The notes under the pieces: model-generated
Told to the model about the DNA's origin: nothing
Database searches by the model: none
Seen by the model: only the letters and a program-made list of their open reading frames with translations
Position numbers and translations under genes: made by a program
Assembly: GCA_964630405.1 (NCBI GenBank)
Contig: CAZVUC010000017.1
Span: 48,536-112,535 of the forward strand
Source: an uncultured Syntrophobacterales bacterium
Lineage (GTDB): Bacteria > Desulfobacterota > Binatia > UBA9968 > JAJDTQ01
Reading direction: 5' to 3'
DNA: 64,000 nt
Part shown: positions 28,707-42,244 of the stretch, one piece after another
Layout of the letters: each line of letters starts with the position of its first letter
Numbering within the stretch: position 1 is the first letter of the stretch

Positions 28707-30473
28707 TCAGGTGTTGATGTCCCGGCGCCAGACGATGGGGTCCACCAGCGCCGGCTTGCCGGCCTTGACCTGCTCGATGGCCCGGCGTACCGCCGGCACC
28801 ACCTCCGCCGGGTCGTCGATGGGGCCTTCGGCGTACCAGCCCATGCCCCGGGCGATGTGGGCAAAGTCCGGCGGCGGCGCCTCGAGATCCATGCCGATGT
28901 AGGCCCGGTCGGGGTCGGTGCCGCGCTGGTGGGCCATGTGGATCTGGTGCGCCCAGTCGTTGTAGTAGGCGCGGTTGTTGTACATGATCACCAGCATGGG
29001 GATGTCGTACTTGATGGGCATCCATAGCGCCCCCAGGTCGAACATGAGGTCGCCGTCGGGCTGGAGGTCCACCACCAGCCTCCCCTGCCCCTTGTGGGCC
29101 AGCGCCACGCCGACGGACATGCCGATCTGGGTGCCGGTGCCCAGCTCCCGGCCCGGATGCCGGTAGGGCCGGTCGAAGTCCCATATCTTCTGGACCCAGT
29201 CCTTCAGGGTCCCGGCGGTCAGCACCCAGTCCTCGTCCTTGATGGCCTGCCACACCTCGTAGGCCAGCCGGGACTCGGTCATGGGCCGCTGGTCCATTTC
29301 CTTCTCGACCTGCTGCTGCCACTTCCGCCATTGCTGCTCGTGCTTGTCCGCCAACGCCTTCTTGCGCTCCTCGACGCGCTCCTTCAGCGCCGCGTCGGCG
29401 TCGATGAGGGCGCCGCACGCCTGGGTGAGCGCCGGGATGGTGATGGAGGTGTCCCCCATGACCCGCAGGTCCCAGTTGTTGTGCTTGTTGTAGTCGGTGG
29501 CCCACTTGCTGATCTCGATGTCGGCGAAGCCCGCGTCGACCCACTTGCAGTCCGGCGTCGTCACCACCGTGATCTCGCGGGTCTGGGTGTTGAGCTTGTG
29601 AGAGCCCCGGGTCCAGTCCACCACGTCGAGCGCCATCACCAGGTCCACCCCCGCAAAGGCGTCCGGGTTGAAGCTCATGCTCAAGGGATGGCGGTTGGGG
29701 AAGCCCAGCCGTTTACACACGTCGAACACCGATGCCCCGACCGTTTCGGCCAGCTCCACAGTGGGCTCATAGCCCTCCGGCATGCGCGCGGCGTACTCGG
29801 TGAGCAGCAACGGGTTGTCCGCGTTCACGAGCATTTCGGCGGCCTGGGCCACCGCCCCCTGCTCCGGCGCGATGCGCGACGGCACCTTCACCGCCGACGC
29901 CGGCGGGATCGTTATGTCGTCGGTGAGCGGGGTTTCCTGCAGCGCCGAGTCGTAGCACATGTAGATGGGGCCCTGGGGCTCGCTCATCATGATGGAGTAG
30001 GCCCGTGCGAAGGAGTCCGGCACGCCATGGATGCTGCCGGGCTGATAGTCCCACTTGGTGAAGTTCCGCACCGCGTCGCCCTGGGCGAACGCCGTATGGA
30101 TCCAGTCGATGAACGGGCGCCGGTACTTCTCGTCCATGGGGCCGGTGGCGCCGATGACGAACACCGGGCAGCGGTCGATGTAGGCGTAGTAGACGCCCAT
30201 GGGCGCGTGCAGCAGCCCCACCACGTCGTGCACGATGGCGATCATGGGCTTGCCCGACGCCTTGGCGTAGCCGTGGGCGATCTGCACCGCGATCTTCTCG
30301 TGGTTGCACAGCAGCATCTCGGGATCGTTCTCGCCGTAGTTCACCATGGAGTCGTGGAGACCCCGGTAGCTCGCCCCCGGGTTCAGCGCGACGTAGGGGA
30401 TGTCGTAGAGTTTCATGAGGTCGACGATGACGTCCGACTGCCAGCGCTGCTCCGATTTCTTGATATCCGACAT
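28707..30473 (-). CDS. Thiamine-diphosphate-dependent enzyme, paralog B (tandem duplicate of 26698..28482)
   Basis: About 60% identical to paralog A along its full length, including ...LNPGASYRGLHDSMVNYGENDP...NHEKIAVQIAHGYAKASGKPMIAIVH... and ...GTGTQIGMSVGVALAHKGQGRLVVDLQPDGDLMFD... Confidence 0.8.
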   Translation of the reverse strand: MSDIKKSEQRWQSDVIVDLMKLYDIPYVALNPGASYRGLHDSMVNYGENDPEMLLCNHEKIAVQIAHGYAKASGKPMIAIVHDVVGLLHAPMGVYYAYIDRCPVFVIGATGPMDEKYRRPFIDWIHTAFAQGDAVRNFTKWDYQPGSIHGVPDSFARAYSIMMSEPQGPIYMCYDSALQETPLTDDITIPPASAVKVPSRIAPEQGAVAQAAEMLVNADNPLLLTEYAARMPEGYEPTVELAETVGASVFDVCKRLGFPNRHPLSMSFNPDAFAGVDLVMALDVVDWTRGSHKLNTQTREITVVTTPDCKWVDAGFADIEISKWATDYNKHNNWDLRVMGDTSITIPALTQACGALIDADAALKERVEERKKALADKHEQQWRKWQQQVEKEMDQRPMTESRLAYEVWQAIKDEDWVLTAGTLKDWVQKIWDFDRPYRHPGRELGTGTQIGMSVGVALAHKGQGRLVVDLQPDGDLMFDLGALWMPIKYDIPMLVIMYNNRAYYNDWAHQIHMAHQRGTDPDRAYIGMDLEAPPPDFAHIARGMGWYAEGPIDDPAEVVPAVRRAIEQVKAGKPALVDPIVWRRDINT

Positions 30474-30613
30474 GAAGTGCCTTTCTCTAACTGTTGATTG
30501 ACGATCCTGCTCTATGATTTATGATCTGAATTGACTAGGTCATCGTCCGGGGCTTGTCAACGTGACCCACGCTTGACAGGGCCGGCGTCACTTCACCGGA
30601 AAGGAGCAGCAAC

Positions 30614-31036
30614 ATGAACGGACTCGGAGTTTGGCGGATCGCCGTAGCAACATTCGTGGGGTTTCTGGCATTGTCGGGCCATGCGGCGGCACAAGAGCAA
30701 CGGGCGTTTTTCATCGAACCGAAGGACGGGGCGGAAGTCCGGAGCCCGGTGAAGGTCGTGATGGGCGTGGAGGGCATGACCATCAAGCCTTCCGGCGGAG
30801 TGGTGGCGGGCACCGGACACCACCACATCCTCATCAACCAAGGCGCCATGCGCGGCGGAAAGGTGATTCCGACGGACAAGACCCACCTGCATTACGGCAA
30901 GGGGCAGACGGAAGCCAGCATCGAGCTCGCGCCCGGGGACTACACGCTGACCATGCAGTTCGCCGACGGCCTCCATCGATCCTTCGGCAAGAAGATGGCG
31001 CACACGATCAAGATCAAGGTGCTGCCCGCCAAGTGA
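30614..31036 (+). CDS. Secreted hypothetical protein (signal peptide; possibly DUF4399-like)
   Basis: Signal peptide MNGLGVWRIAVATFVGFLALSGHAAA; mature ~115 aa with GTGHHHILINQG; divergent from the ThDP gene across an AT-rich 140-bp region. Confidence 0.5.
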   Translation: MNGLGVWRIAVATFVGFLALSGHAAAQEQRAFFIEPKDGAEVRSPVKVVMGVEGMTIKPSGGVVAGTGHHHILINQGAMRGGKVIPTDKTHLHYGKGQTEASIELAPGDYTLTMQFADGLHRSFGKKMAHTIKIKVLPAK

Positions 31037-31144
31037 CCGCAGAGGCGCAGGGGCGACCGGCCGGTCGCCCCTGCGCAGACCTCCCAACGACACCCTGCCC
31101 GCCGCGTTTGACCCCGAGGCAGCCGCCGGACCACACTGCCCCTG

Positions 31145-32023
31145 GTGGGAACCGGAATCGTCTACGCCATCGCCGGGGGCATCGTGTGGGGTTTCGTGCC
31201 CCCGCTGGTGAAGCGGGGGCTGGTCCATTCCGACGTCGACGCCGCGGTGACCGTCCAGCAACTCGCCATGGTGGCGTTCCTGCTGGTGGTCTGGGTCGCC
31301 GGCTACGGCGCCGGCGGACTGCCGATTCCCCTTCCCGCCCTTGCCACCTTCGTGATCCTGGGCGCCATCGGCGCCTTTTTCGGCCGCGTCTTCCTGCTGA
31401 GGGCCATCGACCAGATCGGCGCCTCTCGAGCGCAGTCCATCAAGAACGCCTCGCCGCTGCTCACCGCGGTGATCGGCGTCACCTTCCTCGGTGAAAGCGC
31501 CACGCTGGGCACGTTCGGCGGCGTCATCGTGATCGTCGCCGGCATCCTCCTCATCACGCACACGAAGGGATCCGAGGCGGAAACCGGGGCGCCCCTGGCC
31601 GGCTTCGGCAACGCCGCCCTGTCCTTCCTCTTCTACAGCCTGGGCCCGATCCTGAAACGGCTCGGAGTGCTGCAGGGCGGCGACCCCATCGTCGGCGCGG
31701 TGATCACCCAGGTCACCGGCCTGATGTTCATCGGCCTGCTGGGCAGGACGGTGCGCATCCGCATCGTCTGGCGCGGGGTGCCGCTGGCCGGAGCAGTCTA
31801 CTTCGCCGCCTCCGGCGTCGTCCACGCCATCGGCACCATCCTCACCTTCCTGGCCGTCGTCCACGCCCCGGCGGTGATCGTGGGACCCATCTGGAACATC
31901 CAGCCCTTGGTCACCTTCGCGCTGGCGCACTTCACCCTGAAGGGAATCGAGATCGTGCGGGTTCAGGACGGCCTAGGGGCGGTGCTGATCGTGGGCGGGG
32001 TGTTTCTGCTGGCGTGGGTCTGA
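31145..32023 (+). CDS. DMT-superfamily (EamA-like) transporter
   Basis: 10 predicted TMS in two EamA-like halves; GTG start. Confidence 0.7.
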   Translation: MGTGIVYAIAGGIVWGFVPPLVKRGLVHSDVDAAVTVQQLAMVAFLLVVWVAGYGAGGLPIPLPALATFVILGAIGAFFGRVFLLRAIDQIGASRAQSIKNASPLLTAVIGVTFLGESATLGTFGGVIVIVAGILLITHTKGSEAETGAPLAGFGNAALSFLFYSLGPILKRLGVLQGGDPIVGAVITQVTGLMFIGLLGRTVRIRIVWRGVPLAGAVYFAASGVVHAIGTILTFLAVVHAPAVIVGPIWNIQPLVTFALAHFTLKGIEIVRVQDGLGAVLIVGGVFLLAWV

Positions 32024-32051
32024 CCGCAGCGTTTCCACGGGAGACAGATCC

Positions 32052-32072
32052 CAAGGGCCGTAGGGGTTTGAA
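32052..32072. repeat. REP-like palindrome copy 2 (degenerate: AGGGGTTTGAAACCCGCCCCT)
   Basis: Same right arm AAACCCGCCCC as copies 1 and 3, with a 3-nt deletion in the left arm; 28 nt after the DMT gene stop. Confidence 0.55.
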
Positions 32073-32294
32073 ACCCGCCCCTCCAACTACCTCCCGTGTT
32101 TGAAGCGATTCTCGACGAAGCGCTACGGGGCGCGATTGCAACAAAACACCCGCCGTCGCGCTTGGAAGCATGCACTTTGGTTCACGAACAGTGCGCGCTT
32201 GCAAGTCCAAAGAAACTGGTGGATTGGCTGGATTGAAGGGCCCGGCCAAGCAAGTGGGGATTGTCTGTGAAGTGGGTGAACTCCCAGTGCGACG

Positions 32295-32510
32295 TTACGC
32301 GGCCCCCTCTACAAGGCGTCGCGTCTGCTCATCCAGCGTGTGGATCGTGTCCTGGATGGTGTCGACCTCTCGCTCGTCGAAATAGGGTTCGCCGCACTGG
32401 CTGCACACCCACGCCGGTACCGCATCGAGCGCCAAGTGATAGCCGCTACGCTCGATATGGAAGGACGCCGTCGAGCGTGTCATCGCTCCTTTGCAGTGAA
32501 CGCAGTTCAT
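32295..32510 (-). CDS. YgiT-type zinc-finger (MqsA-like) antitoxin
   Basis: 71 aa with two C-x2-C pairs (CVHCKG ... CSQCGEPYF); 4-nt overlap with the upstream DUF4258 gene. Confidence 0.6.
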   Translation of the reverse strand: MNCVHCKGAMTRSTASFHIERSGYHLALDAVPAWVCSQCGEPYFDEREVDTIQDTIHTLDEQTRRLVEGAA

Positions 32511-32752
32511 GATCTCTTCCTCGTTCGAAAGTCACTTTCCCATTCAACCGGCGAAGGAAGATATGCGGTGATGACCGCGAGATAGTCTTCCTTGGGTGAG
32601 CATACCACATGAATGTCTCGTTGCCCGCTTCCGTGGCCGTGGAACAGGCAACTGTGTCCCCGCGTATCTTCAGGATAGTCCTCGATCAGTTCGCCGCGCT
32701 CGACAACTTCCCGGACCTCACTGGTTGTGATCATCCTCTCCGGTCGCGCCAT
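32507..32752 (-). CDS. DUF4258-family toxin component of a type II TA pair
   Basis: 81 aa; the DUF4258 + YgiT-zinc-finger gene pair is a recurrent TA architecture; the ...HVVCSPKEDYLAVITAY... block is typical of DUF4258. Confidence 0.55.
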   Translation of the reverse strand: MARPERMITTSEVREVVERGELIEDYPEDTRGHSCLFHGHGSGQRDIHVVCSPKEDYLAVITAYLPSPVEWESDFRTRKRS

Positions 32753-32868
32753 CTGCCGGACCGCGTGAGCAAGAAAAGCAGCCGCCTCGTCGCGGCGCGT
32801 CTGACCTGTTCAACGATCCCGATCTGAGCCACTGATATGATCGTCAGGCGAGCGGAGTCAAGAGCGAC

Positions 32869-34365
32869 TCACGGCAGGTCCGTGCTGCCCATCAGGTAGC
32901 GATCCACTTCCCGGGCGGCGCCGCGGCCCTCGTGGATGGCCCAGACCACCAGGCTCTGGCCCCGGCGGGAGTCGCCGGCGGCGAAGACGTTGTCGACGTT
33001 GGTGGCGTACTTGCCGTACTCGGCCTGAACGTTGGAGCGGAGGTCGCGCTCGACGCCGAGTTGGGTAAGGACCTCGTCCTCGGGGCCGGAGAAGCCCATG
33101 GCCAGGAGGACCAGGTCTGCGGGCCAGTCCTGCTCGCTCCCCTCCACCGGGCTGAAGGGCGCGCCGTTGGCGGGCTTGCTCCAGTCGAGGTCGATGGTCT
33201 GCAGGGCCTTGATGCGACCGTGCCCGTCGTCGATGAACTTCACCGTGTTGGTGTCGTAGCGCCTGGGGTCGTCGCCGAAGAGCGCCTTGCCCTCTTCCTG
33301 GCCGTAGTCCAGCTTGTAGACCACCGGCCACTGGGGCCACGGGTTGTTGGGCGCCCGCTCCGGCGGCGGCTTGGGGATCACGTCGAACTGCTGGAGACTG
33401 GCGCATCCGTGGCGCAGAGCCGTCCCCACGCAGTCGGTGCCGGTGTCGCCGCCGCCCAGCACGATGGTGTGCTTGTCCTTGGCGGAGATGTAGTTGCCGT
33501 CGCCGTGGCCGGAGTCGAGCAGGCTCTTGGTGTTGGCATGGAGGAACTCCATGGCGAAGTGGATGCCCTCGAGCTCGCGGCCCGGCGCGTTGCGCACGAA
33601 GTCGTTGGGCTTGGTGGCGCCGGTGCAGATCACCACCGCGTCGAACTCCCGTTGCAGATCGTCGGCGGGGACATCCTTGCCGATCTCCACGCCGGTGACG
33701 AACTCGACTCCCTCGGCCTCCATCTGGTCGAGGCGCCTTCTGACCACCCTCTCCTTGTCGAGCTTCATGTTGGGAATCCCGTACATGAGGAGGCCGCCGG
33801 GCCGGTCCGCCCGCTCGTACACGGTCACCTGGTGGCCGGCGCGGTTGAGCTGCGCCGCGCACGCCAGGCCGGCGGGGCCGGAGCCGATGACCGCCACCCG
33901 CTTTCCGGACCGCTGCAGCGGCGGTTCGGGCACGATCCAGCCCTCCTCGAAACCCCGGTCGACGATGGAGCACTCGATGGTCTTGATGGTGACCGGGTCG
34001 CTGTTGATGCCCAGGACGCAGGAACCCTCGCAGGGGGCCGGACACACGCGGCCGGTGAACTCCGGGAAGTTGTTGGTCTTGTGAAGCTGCGCCAGGGCCT
34101 CTTTCCAGTGGTCCCGGTAAACCAGGTCGTTCCAGTCCGGGATGAGGTTGTTCAGCGGACAGCCCGAGGCGCCCGGGCCCCGTCCCATGGGGACGCCCGT
34201 ATGGCAGAACGGAATGCCGCAATCCATGCAGCGGGCGCCCTGCTCCCGCAAGGATTCCGCCGGCATCGGCAGGACGAACTCGTTCCAATCCTTCAAGCGT
34301 TCGAGCGGGTCGCGGTAGGGCTGCTTGCCCCGCTCATATTCCATGAATCCGGTTATTTTTCCCAT
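32869..34365 (-). CDS. gltD: Glutamate synthase (NADPH) small subunit
   Basis: Family motifs [20 protein letters not shown] and FAD/NAD Rossmann sites [17 protein letters not shown]...; 498 aa. Confidence 0.9.
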   Translation of the reverse strand: MGKITGFMEYERGKQPYRDPLERLKDWNEFVLPMPAESLREQGARCMDCGIPFCHTGVPMGRGPGASGCPLNNLIPDWNDLVYRDHWKEALAQLHKTNNFPEFTGRVCPAPCEGSCVLGINSDPVTIKTIECSIVDRGFEEGWIVPEPPLQRSGKRVAVIGSGPAGLACAAQLNRAGHQVTVYERADRPGGLLMYGIPNMKLDKERVVRRRLDQMEAEGVEFVTGVEIGKDVPADDLQREFDAVVICTGATKPNDFVRNAPGRELEGIHFAMEFLHANTKSLLDSGHGDGNYISAKDKHTIVLGGGDTGTDCVGTALRHGCASLQQFDVIPKPPPERAPNNPWPQWPVVYKLDYGQEEGKALFGDDPRRYDTNTVKFIDDGHGRIKALQTIDLDWSKPANGAPFSPVEGSEQDWPADLVLLAMGFSGPEDEVLTQLGVERDLRSNVQAEYGKYATNVDNVFAAGDSRRGQSLVVWAIHEGRGAAREVDRYLMGSTDLP

Positions 34366-34435
34366 AGTAACCCGGAGACGTCCTCCCTGAACGTCCCCTA
34401 CCCTTTACATCGAGGTGCTGTTCCGAACGGGGCAA

Positions 34436-34468
34436 CCGCCCGTACACGGGCGGGTTTGAAACCCGCCC

Positions 34469-34482
<14 letters not shown>
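34436..34482. repeat. REP-like palindrome copy 3 embedded in a cluster of three mutually exclusive hairpins (gltB-gltD intergenic region)
   Basis: GGGCGGGTTTGAAACCCGCCC at 34448..34468 begins 1 nt after the gltB TAG stop. It is flanked by CCGCCCGT/ACGGGCGG (34436..34453) and CCGCCCC/GGGGCGG (34463..34482), which compete for the same bases. Confidence 0.65.
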
Positions 34483-39025
<4,543 letters not shown>

Positions 39026-39370
39026 ATCGAGCAGCCCTCTGCGAGACGGCCCCCGCCCGTCTCGCCGATATTCGGAACAAGCCGGAATACCACAAAACAA
39101 TCCGAGTTTCAGCAGCTATCACGTTTCAGTCAAGGAGACGATACACGGCTTGGACGGCCAGCCGTATCTCCCCGAACGCGGCACTGAGGCGGGTGGTCGG
39201 CTTGTTCCGCCGATCCCGTACAGTCTATCAATGTATGGTCCGTTTCGCCAAGTCCCTGACGCACTCTCCGAACCATCGGTTCGGTTGGCCGCACCGCGCC
39301 GCGGACGCGGTTCCGAAATGATCGCGCCTCGGTTATAGAAGTAGGACACCTCAATCCTGGAGCACTCTCG

Positions 39371-41650
39371 ATGAAATACGTGGGCCAATCGGTACGCAGT
39401 CTCGATGCGGACGAAAAAGTCACCGGCACCGCCGTCTACACGGCGGATTTGACGGTGCCGGGAATGAAGTTCGCCAGGGTCATCGGCAGTCCCCACGCGC
39501 ACGCGCGCATCGACGGGTTCGACCTCGAAGACGCGCTCGCGGTCCCCGGCGTGCGCACCATCGTGACCCATGACAGCCTCGACTTCAGCCGGCTGGGGTG
39601 CCTCCGCACCCTCAAGCCGTACGGCCAGGCGGTGAAGGACCGCCCGGTGCTGGCCCACGACAAAGTGCGGTTCCAGGGCGAGCCCGTGGCCATCGTGGTG
39701 GCCGACAGCGAGACCGCGGCGGTGGAGGCGGCGGCGCGGGTCGACGTGCGGTACACGCCGCTGCCCCAGGTGTCGGAGATGATGTCGGCGATGGAGGGCG
39801 GCACGCTGGTGCACGACGCCGATTCCGCCTACGACCGTGAGGGCGAAAGCGACTTCGACCACGACTACGGCCGCAACAACTGCGGCGGCACCCACTTCGT
39901 CCAGGGGGACCCGGAGGGGGCCTTCCGCGAGGCCGCCCACGTCATCGAGGACCATTTCTCCTTCCCGTCCCTGTTCCACTATCCCATGGAGCCCCACTGC
40001 GCCGTGGCCACGGTGGACGACGAGTCCGTCACCGTGCACACCTCCTCGCAGGCTCCCTTTCCGGTGCGCGACGAACTGGCGCGCATGTTCGGGCTCGAGC
40101 AGGAGCAGGTGACGGTGAAGGTCCCGTACGTCGGCGGCGGCTTCGGCGCCAAGGGCCACATCGGCGTCGAGCACCTGGCGATCCTGGCGGCGGCCGCCTC
40201 CGGGGAGACGGTGCAGCTTCGCATGTCCATGGAGGAGACCGCGTTCACCGCCCGGCGCCATCCCGCCGAGATCGAGATCCGCACGGGGCTGCGCGAGGAC
40301 GGCACGCTGCTCTGCCGGGAGGCCAGGATCTACCTGGACACGGGCGCCTACGCCGACTTCGGCATCCAGGTGACGCGCAAGGCGGCCTTCCGCTCCGTGG
40401 GACCCTACCGGGTGGAGCACGCCCGGGCCGACTGCTACTCCGTCTACACCAACAAGGTGCCCGCCGGCGCCTTCCGGGGCATCGGCAGCGTCCAGCTCGG
40501 CTGGGCCTGCGAAGCCCACACCGACCACATCTGCACCGAGCTCGGCTACGACCCCATCGAGTTCCGCCTCAAGAACCTGCTGCGGGCCGGCGAGAAATAC
40601 GTGCTCGGCGGTCCGCCGCTGGACGGCAATCCCCATGGAGCGCTGACGGCCTGCCTGGAGCTCTTCGAGAAGACCCGCCGAATCCACGCCCCCGAGTCCC
40701 TGGCGCGAGCCGGCGAGAAGATCGGCACCGGCGTCGCCTGCGCCATCAAGGACCTCTCCACCACCCAGTACAACGCCCGCATCGTGTTCGAGGACGACGC
40801 CACCTTCACCGTCCACGCCAACGCCCCGGAGATCGGGGGCGGCGCCAAGACGGTGCTGGCCCAGACCGCCGCCGAGGCCCTCGGGGTGGGCATCGACCGG
40901 ATCACCATCGCCCCCTACGACACCAGCACCACGCCCGGCGCCTCCGGCGTCTACGGCAGCCGCATCACCGTGCTCATGGGCAACGCGGTGAAGCGGGCGT
41001 CCGAGGAACTGCGGGAGTTGCTGCTGCAACAGGCGGCGTCCCTGACCGACCGGGACGCCCGGGACCTCTCGCTGGAAGACGACGCTTTCTCGAGCGAAGG
41101 CGAGCCGGTAATGACCCTGGACGAGCTGGCGGAAAGGACCACGGGGACCCTTGTGGGCCGGGGCATGGACAAGGCCCTCACCCGCGACCGCATCGACATC
41201 CGCACCTGGGAGATCAACGCCGGCATCGCGGTGATGGCGGTGGACTCGGAAACCGGCAGGGCGCGCTGCCTGACCTACGTCTCCTCGGCCGACATCGGAC
41301 AGGCCATGCACCCGCTCCGGTGCGAGGGACAGGAGCAGGGCTCGATCATGTTCGGCATGGGCAACACGTTGACCGAGGAGCAGGTGTTCGACGGCGCCCT
41401 GCTGCTCAACCCCAGCGCCATCGACTACGCCCTGCCGCGGTTCAAGAACCTGCCGGCGGTGCTCGACTCCGTGCTGATCGAGAACCGGGACGGCCCCGGC
41501 CCCTTCGGCAGCAAGGGTATGGCCGAGGGCGGGCTGGCGCCGGTGGCCCCGGCCATCGCCGCGGCGTTGAGAGAGGCCGTGGGCATCGTGGTCCACGACC
41601 TGCCCATGAGTCCCGAGCGGGTGTACCGGCTGATGGAGCCCGGCGGCTGA
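39371..41650 (+). CDS. Molybdopterin-dependent oxidoreductase, xanthine dehydrogenase/aldehyde oxidase family Mo-binding subunit
   Basis: 759 aa with XDH-family blocks ...GGGFGAKG..., ...AFRGIGSVQ..., ...FGSKGMAEGG...; 270-nt leader upstream. Confidence 0.8.
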   Translation: MKYVGQSVRSLDADEKVTGTAVYTADLTVPGMKFARVIGSPHAHARIDGFDLEDALAVPGVRTIVTHDSLDFSRLGCLRTLKPYGQAVKDRPVLAHDKVRFQGEPVAIVVADSETAAVEAAARVDVRYTPLPQVSEMMSAMEGGTLVHDADSAYDREGESDFDHDYGRNNCGGTHFVQGDPEGAFREAAHVIEDHFSFPSLFHYPMEPHCAVATVDDESVTVHTSSQAPFPVRDELARMFGLEQEQVTVKVPYVGGGFGAKGHIGVEHLAILAAAASGETVQLRMSMEETAFTARRHPAEIEIRTGLREDGTLLCREARIYLDTGAYADFGIQVTRKAAFRSVGPYRVEHARADCYSVYTNKVPAGAFRGIGSVQLGWACEAHTDHICTELGYDPIEFRLKNLLRAGEKYVLGGPPLDGNPHGALTACLELFEKTRRIHAPESLARAGEKIGTGVACAIKDLSTTQYNARIVFEDDATFTVHANAPEIGGGAKTVLAQTAAEALGVGIDRITIAPYDTSTTPGASGVYGSRITVLMGNAVKRASEELRELLLQQAASLTDRDARDLSLEDDAFSSEGEPVMTLDELAERTTGTLVGRGMDKALTRDRIDIRTWEINAGIAVMAVDSETGRARCLTYVSSADIGQAMHPLRCEGQEQGSIMFGMGNTLTEEQVFDGALLLNPSAIDYALPRFKNLPAVLDSVLIENRDGPGPFGSKGMAEGGLAPVAPAIAAALREAVGIVVHDLPMSPERVYRLMEPGG

Positions 41651-42144
41651 TGGACGGCTCCTCCGACATCGAGTCCCGGGTGGCGGCCGCGCTCGGGGAA
41701 CTCGGCGTTTCCTACGAGCTCGTCCACATCGACCCCGCTTTCGCCGATACCGCGGACTTCTGCGAGCAATACGGCTATCCGATGAAGACCAGCGGCAACA
41801 CCATCATCGTGGCCTCCAAGCGCGGCGAGAAGAAGTACTGCGCATGCATCGTGCAGGCCTCCGCGCGTCTCGACGTGAACCGGACGGTCAAACGGTTGAT
41901 GGGAGTGTCCAGGGCCTCGTTCGCCTCCGCCGAGGAAACCATGGAGTTGACGGGTATGATGATCGGCGGCGTCACCGCGTTCGCCCTGCCCCCGGACCTT
42001 CCAATCTACGCCGACCCGAACCTGCGGTCGCAAGAGTACGTCATCCTCGGTTCCGGCAGCCGCTCGTCCAAGATCAAGATCTCGCCCGGGGACATCGGCA
42101 AGATACCCGGCGCGCGGTTCATCGACGGGCTGGCGATGTCGTAA
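41650..42144 (+). CDS. YbaK/ProX-type aminoacyl-tRNA deacylase-like protein
   Basis: 164 aa YbaK-like fold, with GVTAFALPPDLPIYAD and KISPGD motifs; its ATG overlaps the upstream TGA (ATGA), implying translational coupling. Confidence 0.65.
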   Translation: MDGSSDIESRVAAALGELGVSYELVHIDPAFADTADFCEQYGYPMKTSGNTIIVASKRGEKKYCACIVQASARLDVNRTVKRLMGVSRASFASAEETMELTGMMIGGVTAFALPPDLPIYADPNLRSQEYVILGSGSRSSKIKISPGDIGKIPGARFIDGLAMS

Positions 42145-42244
42145 GGGACGGGTTTCAAAACTCGGGACTGGATGGCACCCGGGTGTTCTAGTGAGACCTA
42201 GTGAGACCCGTGGAAGGTTCTTGGAAGAGGCGCGGAGGGTATGG

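Noticed and set aside
32170-32385. 71-aa plus-strand ORF in the DMT/TA intergenic area
   Set aside because: It overlaps the well-supported YgiT-type antitoxin gene on the opposite strand and has an odd S/V/R-rich composition.
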